20,000 bases of DNA from Xylographa opegraphella (GCA_022813865.1 JALDZX010000026.1:301939-321938); one strand, 5' to 3'; shown: positions 1 to 11,257, numbered from the stretch's first letter. Translations and numbers: made by a program. Notes: generated by a model not told the origin, from the letters alone.

Positions 1-235
1 GGAAATACAGAATAATACAATTTTCAATGACGTTGCTCTCCATCACATGTCAAGCGGTGCATAAACAAAATGCCATTATTGTTCTCCCAAGGACTTCACA
101 ATAAAAGGCCATTTGTGCTGCAGCCCTACAGCCCTAGCGCAAGGCGCTGAAAGTACACGCTCTCTCCACCAGGCCATCTACACAACGAAAAGATCCTCCA
201 TTAATGCCCCATCTCCACCATCCCCAACAGCCATA

Positions 236-896
236 ATGGTGCTGGGCTTCTTCGGCTTCGGCGGCCTCGTCTACGGTACCACACCCCCTCCACCGCCAGA
301 CTCCACACATCCGGCCCCGCTAACGCAGCAAACCGCAGTCTCCATCCTCCTCACCAACGCCATCGCCATCCTGTCCGAAGACCGCTTCCTCGCCCGGAGT
401 ACGTCCTCCCCTCACTCTCTATGCCTCCCTTCTCTCCCCAACTACCTACGACTCATCTCCGCATCACCCTTCCCAGCGCTCTTCCCACCTCCGCCTCCCT
501 CTCCCCTTACCGCGCCCCCCCCCAACCCCTTCCGGCCCAACTCCAAAAATTCCTCACTCCCCAACCACCTACAAGCTAACGCCCCCTCCCCACCACCCAG
601 TTGGCTGGGGCTCCACGCCACAATCGCCCTCCTTCGGCGGCGCCATCGACAACACGAGCGTGAAAGCGCGGATCGTCAACCTGATCGCCAGCGTGCGGAC
701 CCTGATGCGGAGTACGTAGACTCCCCTCTTCCCCTCCCTCCACCCGTCTCCATTTGCCGTATACGACTGCACCTTTCGCTGAGCTTCCGCTCTCCTGCTC
801 CGTATGGCATGGACGGCGCCAGAAGCTGATCTGCGTCCAGTACCGCTCATCGCTATCAATACCACCGTTATCGTTTATGAGTTGATTCTTGGCTAG
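236..896 (+). CDS. YOS1: Yos1-like ER-Golgi transport membrane protein (Yip1-Yif1 complex subunit; IER3IP1 family), 88 aa, 4 exons
   Basis: Exons 236-275, 339-398, 601-711 and 841-896 total 267 nt. All introns are GT..AG with CTAAC/CTGAT branch sites. The spliced protein MVLGFFGFGGLVYVSILLTNAIAILSEDRFLARIGWG...SVKARIVNLIASVRTLMRIPLIAINTTVIVYELILG* carries the Yos1 motifs NAIAILSEDRFL, VRTLMRIPLI and ELILG. Confidence 0.93.
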
Positions 897-1588
897 CTTG
901 GGGACAGGGACTCGGTGCCGCGGGATGGGGGAGGCGTGGACGTGTGTGCGGGAATCGGGAGTTGTCCGCTTTGGCAAGACCGGAGACTGCCTCGCGGGAC
1001 GGTGGGGGAGGGGAAGGTAGGACTGTGTCTGTGCGGGGAGGAGCAGAATCATACACGCTCGCGTGAGCATGGCGGTAAGCGCCTTGATGGGAGCAGGCGC
1101 TGGCACGGGTGCTGAGAACAAGGAGGACATATGGACGCGGTTCTACATGCGACGGGTCCATCAGCGTCGTTAAAGAACGCGCAGCATGGCGTCAGGCGTT
1201 GAGTAACTAGACACTCATCCCATGGCGATCGAGCAAGAACCTTGAGTCTCCGAATTCTGCACCCCAACACAATCTTCTACTTACCAACTCCATCCTCTCT
1301 CCTCGACCACACATTACAAAATCTACAAGACCCATGCACAAAGGACCAACGAGATCGAGAAATGTTTTGTACATAAGCAGCACTAATCCCCTCCCCGCCT
1401 CACCACATACCGAAGCCCCTTCCCTCTCTTCGAAAAGCGAAGACGCCTCCGAAAAACAAAGGCATGGTATATATCTCGACGCATGCATGCCCGACGAAGA
1501 ATGAAGAAGAAGAAAAATTACTGCCCTAGTCCAACAGCGTATCATGTGTTCCCGGTATGCTCGCTGTACATAATGATACACGCCCCCC

Positions 1589-4141
1589 TCACGACAACAA
1601 GGCACTGGTCTTCTTTCGTAGCCCACTGAAGCGGTTCTTGCGCTCCGCCTTCTCCGGCGTGGACCCCTCCGCCTCCCCGTCCTCCACAGCCGAGCCCTCC
1701 TCCTTGGCCTTATCGTCTTTACCGCCCCAGAACTTCGAGATCGGCCGTTTGCTGATGCTCTTGCTCGTCTGCCGGAAGCGGCTCAGCGTCCCCGTACTGA
1801 GGGCAGGCGCCGGCGCCGAGGGCGAAGTCACTGCTGGCGCAGGCGTCGACGGTCCCGGGGCTCCATTCTCCGTTGTCCCCATCACCGGACCTGGGGTTTC
1901 ACTGCTGCCGCTAGCACCCATGCGTTTGTCCTCGGCGGCCTTGGAGGCTTTGCTGGCCTCGATGGCGGCTTTGATATCGGCAGCCTGCTGCTTCTCGAAC
2001 TCCTTGCGCTTGATCTCGAGATTCTTTTGGCGGGCCTTCTCGGCTTTCTCACGCTCCTTCTCTTGGTTCTTGGCGCGCACTTCGGCGGCCTTGCGCTCCT
2101 TTTCTTCTTTGGCACGCTCTTTCTTGGAAAGAGGGGCATCGGGCTTTTTGGGTGTGAGTTCGGGTGCTGGGATGTTGGGAGCGGAGGCGATAGGGGCGAT
2201 AGCTGGGGCTGGGACGGTGGAGGTGGAGGTGGTCTGTGTTGGAGAGAGGGGAGGAAGCGTGGCAGAGCGGTCGAGGGTCGTCCAGTGATCTGGCTCCGTA
2301 GCGACGGGGCTGCTAGGTGAGAAGGCGCTATGAGAAACGTGTGGGGTACCATTCACGGGAGTGCCGTTTGCTTTAGTAGACAGAATTGGGGTTTCTTTTG
2401 TGCTGGGTATGGGAATGGCTTCGGCTGCTGCAGCGAGACCTTCAGCTTCTTGTTCCTTCTTGACAGCTTCAAGCGTCGTTTCTTGATAGAAGAGGACATA
2501 GGCGCACGCGAGGCCTGGTCGCTCGCCGAAGAAGTTGCGTACGTAACTCTTATCAACAGGCTCAACCATCTCGTCGTCGAAGAGGAGCCAGCCACGATCC
2601 TGTGTTTTAACAATAGAAACATAATGGCCGTGATATGGGCCGCCTCCGATGTGGACCACAACTGCATAGAGCTCATAAAGACGGTCGGGGTCTTCCGCAT
2701 CGTCTGTGGTATTAAAAAGCCGGAGGTGATAGGGGTAAACAACTCGATGGAAGAGCTTCTGCAGCCGCTGGAGATCTTCAGTGTACTTGAACCTCTTGAG
2801 GTGCAGTGCCAGGATCTTAGGCAGCCGCTTGATCTTCATTCGCTTTTCGGCCTCCTGAAGTCCTCCACATCGGTCGCAGTGGAACTTGTTTCTTTCACAC
2901 AGCATCTCTTCTTCGGAGAATTTCCGCAAGCACGACGTCACGGAAGAATGCTGGTCTAAATCGACCGAGAGATCTAAGAACGCCTCATCTCGCTGTGAAA
3001 CATTTTCACATGTCAAACATTTCGTTTCGGATGTCAACGTGCCTTCGAAAAGCTCATGCACCCATCCAGTATTACTTGGTGATCTCGTTCCTGTCGTATT
3101 CGGCATAGCAGCAGCAAGCGCTTTTTCGAAACCCCCATGTTCCGCCGACCCATTCATCTCTTTGCTTGCCTCAAGCTTCCTTGAGTTCGTTTCTACATTT
3201 GCAACGACCTCATTAAGTAGGAGATTTAGAAATTCGTGCGCGTCTTGATGCATTGATGTCCGAAACATTTCATTCTCCTTCCGCAAGACCTCTAGAAATT
3301 TTGCTGGGCTCACAACGCCGGTCCGAGACGAATTAGCAATTATAGCTTCAAAGATATCTTTCAAAGAAGTAAACAAAGACTCCGTCATTCCGTAACTCGC
3401 AGCATTATCGTAATTCATGGGTAATATAGGGCCGGTCAACATTGCCTGCTTCTTCTTGTATTCTGGAGAATCCTTATCTTCCGGCTTCTGTGGGTTCGCA
3501 GGTACTCCGACATTCTTCGCTGATAACGGACCCGCTGGTGTTTTCGGTTTGGTGGGTGAAAGTGCACCTTGACCGTTCGACGAAACAGATGTGTTTAGAC
3601 GCGGTAAGCCTGCGGGTGTTGTATTGATGCTGTCAAGAGGCGATCGTTTGGGATAATTTATAACTTGATCCCGGAACGGTACAGAGTAATAAAGACATTG
3701 TAATATGGAGTTGCAGTAACTGGAAGTAGTGTTAGCAGCGACGGTGACGATGTACACGATCTTCTGCGTACCATGTGTTTCCGAACTTTCACGAGCAACT
3801 ATGTAAGCATATGAACGATAGGGGTATGCGTCCCAGGAGTACGCACATTCTCCATTCCAAAAAACTTGTCGCTCCCGTCATTTCGCAGAGGGCCTGCTTC
3901 CTGCAGAAGCTTCTCCAATGGCGTCGGTTGAGGTTGGTTGGGATCCTTTTTAGCAGGAGAGGACGAGGTAGTAGGATTGGAAGAGTTCTAATGATTGTAT
4001 TGTATCAGCGAAGTTATCTGGCAGCCCACGATAACCTAACAGCGCTGGAAACCTCGGTGCCACAGAGACCATGAAGATTCAGAGAAGCAAAATGTCAGTA
4101 CTCACAGCGTTCGATCGAATTTTGGCAAGAAAAGACGACAT
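1589..4141 (-). CDS. creB: Ubiquitin carboxyl-terminal hydrolase, CreB / Ubp9-Ubp13 / USP12-46 type, about 773 aa, 4 exons
   Basis: Exons 4141-4106, 3987-3847, 3785-3772 and 3719-1589 total 2322 nt. Splicing restores the Cys box [21 protein letters not shown]. Also present are [14 protein letters not shown], the His box GGGPYHGHY and WLLFDDE, followed by a low-complexity, charged coiled-coil C-terminal tail typical of fungal CreB. Confidence 0.92.
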
Positions 4142-4145
4142 GACG

Positions 4146-5016
4146 CTCCACGAAACGGTTAACTGCGTCGAAGGCCCTCAGGCCGCACCAGTTGTGTACT
4201 CTCTGAAAGCGTGACTGCAGTGAGGAAATCTCCCTTATGCTCTGAAGAACAGACTCTCAGGCGCAGGACAAAGTATCAAACGATGACAGGGCGTTCGGGA
4301 GGCCTCCAGTCTTGTTCTGGGATGAGGTTATGGTGTAACAGCGTTTGCGGCGTACGGGCGGCCTGTATGGCGGGGATCGTCTGAGGGGAGCGGGAGCGGA
4401 GAAAAGTTGAAGATGACCGTCGACGCCTCTGCTAGCTGGAGCCTGGAGACTGCTCAGAACCCAGCCAAAGAATGTACGGAGGAATTAATGTTGAATGGCG
4501 AATGGGACGAGGTAATTTGGCGAGCAATTGCCCACGATGCAGGTCCAGATGTCCATGTCCAGCGAATGGCAGCAGATGGCCGCTCTTTTGGCATCGGGAC
4601 TATTTGCTGGGGCCGTGTGGGACGATTGGGCCCGCTCTATGCGCTTGACATGAACTTGACTGGGGCGGCAGCGATACTACCCTCGAACAGGATGGTGTCA
4701 AGCCTGGGGAGTCCAGGGGAGTTCTTAGTGGAGAATTCGAAGGTGTAAACGTAAGTTGAGACTCGAGAGTACTGCAAACGACGACTGTTCTCCCCACAGT
4801 TCCCCACAATACCAAAAACTGTACCATAACTTACGTTGTGGAGACACTTCCGTTCCGAAGCGATCCTCGTCTCGTGCAGTCATCTTCCTTACGGAGGTAC
4901 AGGTTTTGGTGTCTTTAGGGCCACTTTGTTCCGTTTCTCAAGGAGAAGGCGTGGGAGAGGCGTCCCCGGAAGTGCATTGTACCAAACTATCGGGTGGATA
5001 AATGCTTCTCCCCCAG
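4146..5016. promoter_or_regulatory. Upstream region of creB with a cluster of SYGGRG (CreA/Mig1-type) motifs
   Basis: Hand count of 15 SYGGRG matches on both strands, starting at 4146, 4304, 4370, 4396, 4436, 4443, 4607, 4660, 4704, 4728, 4792, 4802, 4838, 4964 and 5011. Function is inferred only. Confidence 0.4.
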
Positions 5017-5049
5017 GGCTAAATCAATCTTGAGGGGGTTCTCACCGAG

Positions 5050-5128
5050 GAACTACTTCAATGATCTAGTCGTCTACCCACTATCCACAGAACTACTTCA
5101 ATGGCCTAGTCGTCTACCACTCTCTGAA
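5050..5128. repeat. Imperfect 2-copy tandem duplication, 40-bp period
   Basis: GAACTACTTCAATGATCTAGTCGTCTACCCACT at 5050 versus GAACTACTTCAATGGCCTAGTCGTCTACC-ACT at 5090. Confidence 0.9.
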
Positions 5129-5403
5129 CCGCTAGTCAGGAGATTTAGCTCGGAGCTTGCAATTGATACGGTTGCTCATTCCGATCTATCAGGGACTGGT
5201 TCTATAGCCCAGCTTTATTACTCAAGTCTTTACTGCAAGCTCGGCCTGCTTCTCAAAAATCTACAAGACCGACCATCTATCTACATATACCAGATCTTGA
5301 GAAATGTACACGATGTATCTCGTCAGTGGCCAAATGTAGTTCCGTGGAAGGCTTACCTCCCGGAAGGTGGCCACATGATGCTCCACTCCTCTCGGGATAT
5401 AAT

Positions 5404-8400
5404 TCATATCCCATTTTCCGAACCAGAATTATCAGCGTAGCCCGACATCCTTTTCGCTTTCCGGTCGACTCCGCCGAACACGCCAAGCGCCTTCCACATC
5501 TCCTTTTCCTCGTCATGCGACAGAATCCCCGGATGTTCCTGCACGTATTCTCGTCGAATACTCATCGCTTCTGCGTCCCACTCGGCCAGGCGATCTTGAA
5601 ATGTCGTCGCGCTTTCATGGTTGACCGCACGGTTGCTCACCGTCTGTTCGAGGTACGGTTGTTTCACGTCCGGCCCCGCCTCTCGCCACATCTGTCCCAG
5701 TACGCTGCGAATCTCGTTGCGCGAGGCCTTCGCAAGAGGTGTTCCTAAGGCGGCGCGGCGAGCCTTGTCGCATTCAGCCTTGCAATCGGCCCACTTATCT
5801 TTCGAGAACAACAAGAAGGGATTTGCGCCCGCCCTACCAGGTCTAGCAGGACGAGGCCCGAGTTTTGCAAATATGGCCTTCAGGATTTCCGTTTCAAAAG
5901 CCTCGAGACGATCCTGTCTTGTTGCTGGTGTTTCCCCTGCGATCAAAGACGTAGAAGGGTCCAAGGGCGCTGAAGACATACTTTTAGGTGGAGAGTTGAA
6001 ACTTTTTTCCGTCTTGTTAACGATAGCTGCGGGAACCAGCGGTGTCGGTATGACGATCGGCCCTAACAAATCATCAATCACCTCCGATGCTGCCCTCAGT
6101 CCTGAAATGTAGGCCCCATGCACAGTAGCGGGATGCGTGCCACAAGTTGCTTCACCAGCAAAGTGGAGATTGCCGACAGGTTTCGCCATAGCATCGTAGT
6201 CACCAGAGTGAGCTTTGACACCAACATAAGAATAGGTTCCACGAGCAAATCGGTCTTGGCCCCACCGAGTGACGATGGTCTCAGTCGGCTTGGGAACGGT
6301 TATCTGCTTGAACATTGTGGCCAATTGTTGTGTTACTTCACAAACAATCTGGTTGTCAGAAAGTCCTTCGGCATGATGGGCTGCATCTCCAGCCATAAGC
6401 CCAATTAGTACTGGGCGGCCACTTGTCTTGATGCAGTTCCAGAACAGGTAGAATCGACCCCTATTCTGAGTGTAGTCTTTTTGATCCAGACTATTCTTGA
6501 AACTCGCATCTGTCAACAAGCCAATCATATCTTGATCAACGTCCCAAAATGGCTCATCGTATACCAAAACAACCTTGTTGAGAGTGCCAAATCCAAGTCG
6601 ATCAATTGAATCGAGTTTCCAAGATGGTAGTTCGGGCTTGAATACAATTGAATGATTTTTCAAGACTCCAAGAGGAGTGGTTAGAACAACATGATGCGCT
6701 TCAATAACGTCGCCGTCTTCGCAAATGACCTCAGCTATTGCATTCATGCCTTGCTTGGGATCGTAAGCTATTCGCGTTACCACTTTTCGTGTTCTTAGAT
6801 CAAGCTGCGAAGGATATTCCAAGATGCCTCGAGGTACTTGCTGGTAGCCTCCAATAACCTGAGCGTGTTCGCCTTCGAATTCGTTACCAATGTCTTGATC
6901 CCAGCCTCCCAAGCTCAGTTTCCCAACATTCGCAGCATTCGCGTACTCCAAATTTGCAAAATGCCAGTTGAGAAGTCGCATGTCCTGAGCCGAAAGGGCT
7001 AAAAGAGCTTGGTACTGCCTAACCCCTTCGTCCATAACTGCACCAAGTGTGGGATATTGTGAGGACGTAACCACTTTGTCCAGGTCAAGATCATGGCGAT
7101 GTGCTACTTGATCTGGTGTTAAACTCCAACCCATAGCTGCAGCTGCTATTGTAGCTGGCGTTTTTGTACGTGAGCCCACTACCAAGTGTGCTTTCCCGGT
7201 CAACTTATCAAGACCACCAGGCACTTGTTCAAATGGAGCATTGTTTTCCCTTAATGGTCCGTGCACCGATGATCCAATACCTTTCTCCTTCAGACTAACA
7301 ATCGGGCCTGGCTCTCCACTAGGATCGCGTCCTTCTTCAATGAGTTCTCGGTTCCCTTCGGCAGTGGTAGGCATCGTGGTGTGGTGACGGTATACACTTG
7401 CTCGATCGAGGATATCGTTGAACAGCTTTTCAATCAGTTTGTCTCTTTGCCTGTCCACAACCTCTCCATCAATATCGTAGAGAGAAGAATTATCCTTAAG
7501 CGGATAATAATGTAAAGCCAGTTGCCCACGAATGATCATATTGAGAGGATTCCCATGATCAAACCCGGTTATGATATGTGCACCCATTTCTGCAACGCAT
7601 CTCGAGTTTTCCGGTATGCCACGCGAATCTTGGTTTCGCAGTGGATGTGAGTATATTCGCCCACCTATCCTCGTACGCCCTTCTAGTACAACGACACGCG
7701 GAGGTTCTTCGCCAGCTGATACCCATCTCTCACGATAATGCTCAAAAAGCCCTTCCAACTGCCGTGCACATCCTAGTCCTGCCATACCAGCGCCGACGAC
7801 AACTATTGTTTTTCGTACTCGTTTCAACTTATGTTTTCTATCTCCGATGTTGGACATGTCAGGAACTTCCACGCATCCAAAGTTGATATACCCCCTTCGC
7901 AGTAGCCATTCGTATGCTACCTCAGCCAGACCAAGCCATCTCGAACTGTAAGCGCAACCGGCCGCTTCTTCAGGTGTGACACTGACAAGCGGATTGCGGA
8001 CCCACAACCGAAGGATACGGTTACGTATGTTGATGTATGCGGAGATATGTAGTTCACATATATGGTCGCGGAGTAACTTGTACTCATCGTGATGTAGTGC
8101 GAATGGATTGAGGCGTGACGATAGAGCGGCCTCGACGCTTTGCCTGGCTAATTCTTCATGGGGTATATTCGAAGGTATAGAAGTTCGAGGTCGAAGCTCA
8201 GAAAAGAGGACTTTGATCATTTTCGTGGACCTTCTTTTTCTTTTGGGCTTGACTAGGTCAACTGATGACTGGAGGACTGCTGGAGTAAGCGATTTCGCCG
8301 GTGACAGTTGAGAGGAAAGGGAAGACACTGGAGAAGCACTATCATTGGTGTCATGTAGGACTGTGTCTTCATCTATCTCAAGCTTAATATCTGGTGGATC

Positions 8401-8874
8401 CGCAGACGTATTTGAAGACAAGCCCGATGCTTTCGACGGCGTGCTACTTATTCTTTGCGATTGCGAGTCGTCTGAAGTGTCTAATGTATGGTCATGGCCA
8501 GGCTGGTCGCGTGAATGCATTTCGAGGTCTTCGTCACTGAATTGCATCTCATCACTGCCATACCATGGATCCATATCAGCCTCAGACATGGGGATTGACG
8601 TCTCATCTGGCAACTGCGTGGCGCTCAGCGCTTGACCTGTCACCCGAGATTCTTCTGATTTTACAGATTGACTTGCATTGCCGAAAGAGCCGAAATTTGA
8701 ACTCGAATAAGGATAACCCGTTTGATGATATCCCTGATATTCGTACTTTGCGTGATTTCGAGATTTCTGACTTAACATAACTCCTATCCGGCCTTTAAGT
8801 TCTTCGATTCGTCTCAACTGCGCTAACCTTGTCTCATCGCTGAAATCGAAATTCCCATATGGTCGAGTAGCCAT
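5404..8874 (-). CDS. LSD1/KDM1-family lysine-specific histone demethylase (SWIRM + FAD amine oxidase + C-terminal HMG box), 1156 aa
   Basis: Single long ORF. It contains a SWIRM segment (YINIRNRILRLW...LLRRGYINFG), FAD-binding VVVGAGMAGL, LEGRTRIGGRI, AEMGAHIITG, GFGTLNKVVL (catalytic Lys retained), HFAGEAT..HPATVHGAYISGLRAA, and an HMG-like NPFLLFSKDKW...LGQMWRE...KQPY. Confidence 0.92.
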   Translation of the reverse strand: MATRPYGNFDFSDETRLAQLRRIEELKGRIGVMLSQKSRNHAKYEYQGYHQTGYPYSSSNFGSFGNASQSVKSEESRVTGQALSATQLPDETSIPMSEADMDPWYGSDEMQFSDEDLEMHSRDQPGHDHTLDTSDDSQSQRISSTPSKASGLSSNTSADPPDIKLEIDEDTVLHDTNDSASPVSSLSSQLSPAKSLTPAVLQSSVDLVKPKRKRRSTKMIKVLFSELRPRTSIPSNIPHEELARQSVEAALSSRLNPFALHHDEYKLLRDHICELHISAYINIRNRILRLWVRNPLVSVTPEEAAGCAYSSRWLGLAEVAYEWLLRRGYINFGCVEVPDMSNIGDRKHKLKRVRKTIVVVGAGMAGLGCARQLEGLFEHYRERWVSAGEEPPRVVVLEGRTRIGGRIYSHPLRNQDSRGIPENSRCVAEMGAHIITGFDHGNPLNMIIRGQLALHYYPLKDNSSLYDIDGEVVDRQRDKLIEKLFNDILDRASVYRHHTTMPTTAEGNRELIEEGRDPSGEPGPIVSLKEKGIGSSVHGPLRENNAPFEQVPGGLDKLTGKAHLVVGSRTKTPATIAAAAMGWSLTPDQVAHRHDLDLDKVVTSSQYPTLGAVMDEGVRQYQALLALSAQDMRLLNWHFANLEYANAANVGKLSLGGWDQDIGNEFEGEHAQVIGGYQQVPRGILEYPSQLDLRTRKVVTRIAYDPKQGMNAIAEVICEDGDVIEAHHVVLTTPLGVLKNHSIVFKPELPSWKLDSIDRLGFGTLNKVVLVYDEPFWDVDQDMIGLLTDASFKNSLDQKDYTQNRGRFYLFWNCIKTSGRPVLIGLMAGDAAHHAEGLSDNQIVCEVTQQLATMFKQITVPKPTETIVTRWGQDRFARGTYSYVGVKAHSGDYDAMAKPVGNLHFAGEATCGTHPATVHGAYISGLRAASEVIDDLLGPIVIPTPLVPAAIVNKTEKSFNSPPKSMSSAPLDPSTSLIAGETPATRQDRLEAFETEILKAIFAKLGPRPARPGRAGANPFLLFSKDKWADCKAECDKARRAALGTPLAKASRNEIRSVLGQMWREAGPDVKQPYLEQTVSNRAVNHESATTFQDRLAEWDAEAMSIRREYVQEHPGILSHDEEKEMWKALGVFGGVDRKAKRMSGYADNSGSENGI

Positions 8875-9866
8875 GATGAAGCACTAGGACATATAGCAGG
8901 GCAACCGGAACGGCCGATTATTTTGGGTTATTGGGTTATATCGATAACACAATATATGTCCTGTTTGCTGTCGACTTCATGACACAATTGATTCTTCCTA
9001 GAAGCAGTTAGTCCAAGTCTCATTCATTTCCAATCGCACAATATGTATATAGATTTAATGAGGTAAGACATACTAGCCGTGGGGATGGGTTTCGTATATG
9101 TCAAGTTCATTATAACCATTTATTTGTGAAGATCCACATGAATCAGAGAATGTGTATAGCAGGAAAAGCAATCGTACGAGAGACTCGATATGTTGTGCTC
9201 GACTTTGTGCATGGTCGATGCAGCAGATGGCAATTGCCCTTGAATGGAGTTTGGAGCCCCTCGGCTAAGCCGCTTGTGGGTGGCTCCGAACATGGACGTC
9301 CAACGTCCTCACCGACGTCTCGAGAGCATCACCTGTGATGTGTCAAAGTCGTCGGATATCGCTTCAAGCTACTTGGAGCTGTGATTGGCTTTGCCAGCAA
9401 CGCCGAAATCATGAGACGTCGTCGAGATCAACGAATTGCGATATAGCACTAGCAACTTACGTTTTCTCGACCTCGATCCACATCCGTCGAAGACAATTGA
9501 GTGGTCGAGCCTGCGCTAAATCTGCCTGAAGCAGTATGCTACATCAAAATACAAGCATGCTCGGACGACGTAAACAAGTCTTCAGATGAATGGTATAAAG
9601 TCCGAGAAACTCTGGAGGCTGGGTCAGTTGACCGGAATTCTCCCAAATGATAACTACACAAGTGCGACTTTTGGTAATGAAAACTTGCTCGCAACAAGAT
9701 AACGGTTAGGCACAACCTATATACAGCGTATGCTGATGGAGTCACTCGCTTTCATACCTCGCACGCATCCTTTAGCTCTCGCTTCGCAAGTTATCTCCGG
9801 ACACCATGTATGCTATGCTAATACTGAAACAGAAATCGCTCAGAAAAACTTTCATCAAGAACTCTA

Positions 9867-11000
9867 CTATCGCTTCATTGAATTGATCATCTCTTGATGG
9901 GTTGCTTTTTCTCTGTTGGCTTCGGTCAGTGGTGCTATACCTTGGCGCTGTTAGTGCCCTACAATGCGACGGAGAAAGGATAGAAAATACTTCTCAGGTC
10001 TCCAACAACATCTTTTGCCTTTCCGAAGTACACCTCCTCTGATTGTTGTCAGTTGACCTAGTCCAGTCAATATAAAATTGTGGCACATACGCAACAGATT
10101 CCTCATCTTCAGCTCCATATCCTCTACTAGCCTACCGATATTGACAATATGACTATCGTCGTTTTCTACTGCCATATCTTGCTCAACCTGTCTCGTCATG
10201 TTCCCACTGAGGTCCATTTCGCCAAGGCTCTCACTGCTTGTCCCGAGATGGAGTATGACCGTGCTTGTAAGCTTGTAGTGTGCTGTTCTTGCGCGGTCGA
10301 TCGCTTCGAAAACATGGATGGAATCCCAACCCCCTTCGTTCTTGCTCTTGGGTGTAGCTGTCGTTGAGTCGTAAGTAAAAACTCTGGGAAAGTGCTACGG
10401 TATGAAGAAACCCACTCTTCTTCAGTAAAACGACCCCTGCGAAGCCGTCGTCCAGATCCCAGAAGTACACACTACTCACTCCGCCCTCATAGTATCTGCA
10501 AATGCTGTCAGACGAAGAGAGTCCATCCCCACTTCTATGGAAAAAAAGCCTGAAGACAAATATCATGTACAAAAGCCAAGCAGCAGGAATCCACTCACAA
10601 CTCCCGATAAACATCCACTCCCTCCCCCATCCGAACCTCCAAGCCCCTTACCCTCTCACTTGGCTTCACGCCGCCCTCCTCGTCCTCAATCGGCGGCTCG
10701 AACTCATTGCTCCACGGGCTGCGCCAGCTGTCCCCGTCGCGGTTGTAATCACACAGCAGATAGTCCCGGCCCGTCTTCGTACATCGCCGGACCTCGAGCG
10801 GCTGGTCCACGGAGGAGAGGAGATCTTCGGTCAGGTGGGGCGCGAGCGTGCATAGGCGGCTGAGATTCGCCGAGGTGGAGGAAGGAGGGAGACGGCGGAG
10901 GAGGTCTCTGTTCCGGGATGAGGCATTAGTGTGCGCGCAAGGTTTTGTGGGGAATCGGGGGACTGTACAGGGCGCTGTCGAATTGAGTGTCGGCGGACAT
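9867..11000 (-). CDS. CAP2: F-actin capping protein subunit beta, 269 aa, 6 exons
   Basis: Exons 11000-10969, 10907-10599, 10495-10416, 10357-10091, 10038-9991 and 9940-9867 total 810 nt with consistent phases. Motifs: [91 protein letters not shown]. Confidence 0.95.
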
Positions 11001-11257
11001 GGTGGGTGTTCACGCACGTTTGCTGCCGATGGGGATGTGCTATGCCCTGGGCCTTTGGTAGCCGGTGAAAGTGCTTGATATTCGACTTCCGGGCAGGGTT
11101 TAGCGGCCGTTGTTGTCACGGTTCGGCGAACCACAAGTGACAATAGAGCACTACATACATACTCTGTGCTTCAAATGGGAAGTGGCGTTATTTTTCTGTC
11201 TGCTGTCGTTGTTCCACATTGTTGACATATAAAGTAGTAGCTAGAATTAAGTTCTAT

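Noticed and set aside
113..829. 238-aa Pro-rich ORF as a gene
   Set aside because: It is read-through of the C-rich introns of YOS1; the spliced 88-aa model explains the conserved motifs.
1557..3248. Plus-strand ORFs (243, 209, 120 aa etc.) opposite creB
   Set aside because: Antisense shadows of a GC-rich coding region with no recognisable motifs.
4407..5440. ORFs of 113 and 148 aa between creB and LSD1
   Set aside because: Non-ATG starts, no recognisable domains, and located in promoter/terminator DNA.
8921..8938. TTGGGTTA x2 as a telomere-like repeat
   Set aside because: Only two copies and not TTAGGG; expected by chance.
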